Source: Acidaminococcus sp.
Lineage (GTDB): Bacteria > Bacillota > Negativicutes > Acidaminococcales > Acidaminococcaceae
Length of the DNA stretch: 64,000 bases
Direction of reading: 5' to 3'
Assembly: GCF_050873445.1 (NCBI RefSeq)
Contig: NZ_JBNMIU010000004.1
Span: 2,092 to 66,091, forward strand
Below are positions 63,681 through 64,000 of the stretch, one piece after another. Under the pieces are notes generated by a model. That model was not told the DNA's origin. It made no database searches and was given only the letters and a program-made list of their open reading frames with translations. Within the stretch, counting starts at the first letter, position 1, and each line of letters begins with the position of its first letter. The position numbers and the translations under genes were made by a program.

Positions 63681-64000
63681 ATGCGGAAAAAATATTTCTT
63701 CTTTGATATTGATCAGACACTGGGTCTGGGCATCACCCGGCAGGTTCCGCCCGATACCCAGTATTGTGTGGATGAGCTCCAGCGGGAAGGCCATTTTGTA
63801 GCCCTGGCTACCGGGCGGATCCAGTGTGATGCGGCGGCTTTCGCGGAAAAACATGGCATCCATTCCCTGGTGGCTGACGGAGGTAACAGCCTCACTGTAG
63901 ATGGGAAGATCCTGGAGATGGAGGGACTGCCCCTGGCGCCAGCCAAAGCGCTGCTCCATGAGCTTACAGACCGGAAACGGCCCTGGTCCGTGGTGCTGGA
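63681..64000 (+). CDS. HAD-superfamily hydrolase (Cof/IIB-like), 5' partial, runs off the window
   Basis: MRKKYFFFDIDQTLG... carries the DxDxT motif. The frame stays open to the window end. Confidence 0.7.
   Translation, partial: MRKKYFFFDIDQTLGLGITRQVPPDTQYCVDELQREGHFVALATGRIQCDAAAFAEKHGIHSLVADGGNSLTVDGKILEMEGLPLAPAKALLHELTDRKRPWSVVL

Noticed and set aside
1-64000. Search for mobile elements, prophage genes, CRISPR arrays, tRNA or rRNA genes, toxin-antitoxin or defence systems.
   Set aside because: None was recognised on either strand. There are no transposase, integrase or recombinase motifs, no spaced identical repeats, and no tRNA-like cloverleaf candidates in the intergenic regions.

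Overview
The window looks like chromosomal DNA from a Negativicutes amino-acid fermenter. Gene content and several protein sequences match what I remember of Acidaminococcus fermentans; this rests on memory, not a search. About 60 genes are tightly packed, and those from 5.3 to 47 kb are all on the + strand. I found no rRNA, tRNA, CRISPR array, transposase, integrase or phage gene.

Main blocks:
- **1.8-5.1 kb:** gltS sodium/glutamate symporter, an AEC-family transporter and hutD.
- **5.3-15.6 kb:** a complete tetrahydrofolate-dependent histidine-to-glutamate route. It comprises glutamate formimidoyltransferase, fhs, a cyclodeaminase-family protein, a YuiF-like permease, hutH, hutU and hutI.
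- **15.7-20.9 kb:** an unusual four-gene regulatory module. It encodes a SARP/BTAD + P-loop + TPR regulator, a DRTGG protein, a HATPase_c protein, and a ferredoxin/[FeFe]-hydrogenase-like/FeS-domain protein. This is my best candidate for an undescribed system.
- **21.0-26.3 kb:** a succinate-type CoA-transferase, an mmdA-like carboxyltransferase and gcdD-gcdC-gcdB (Na+-pumping decarboxylase module).
- **26.4-39.7 kb:** housekeeping genes: maf, radC, mreBCD, mrdA, rodA, a radical-SAM/DUF2344 pair, RNase G and the CCA enzyme.
- **40.0-47.0 kb:** the hydroxyglutarate operon gctA-gctB-gcdA-hgdC-hgdA-hgdB.
- **47.2-64 kb:** a 4-hydroxybutyrate/butyryl-type CoA-transferase, nrdDG, an amidohydrolase/GDSL/thioesterase trio, two aldo-keto reductases with a LysR regulator, a divergent MerR/Fe-ADH pair, an HD hydrolase, two tandem NSS (SNF) transporters, a Q-rich membrane protein and a partial HAD hydrolase.

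Non-coding observations:
- A repeated terminator-plus-tail element of about 80 nt sits at two convergent gene junctions.
- A GC-rich structured segment of about 125 nt, with mutually exclusive helices, lies between the two NSS genes.
- An ACGTCC motif recurs in the hut intergenic regions.
- An orphan promoter-terminator pair lies upstream of the putative histidine permease.
- A MerR-type promoter with a 19-bp spacer precedes the Fe-ADH gene.

All functional calls come from motif and family recognition by eye. No searches were run.
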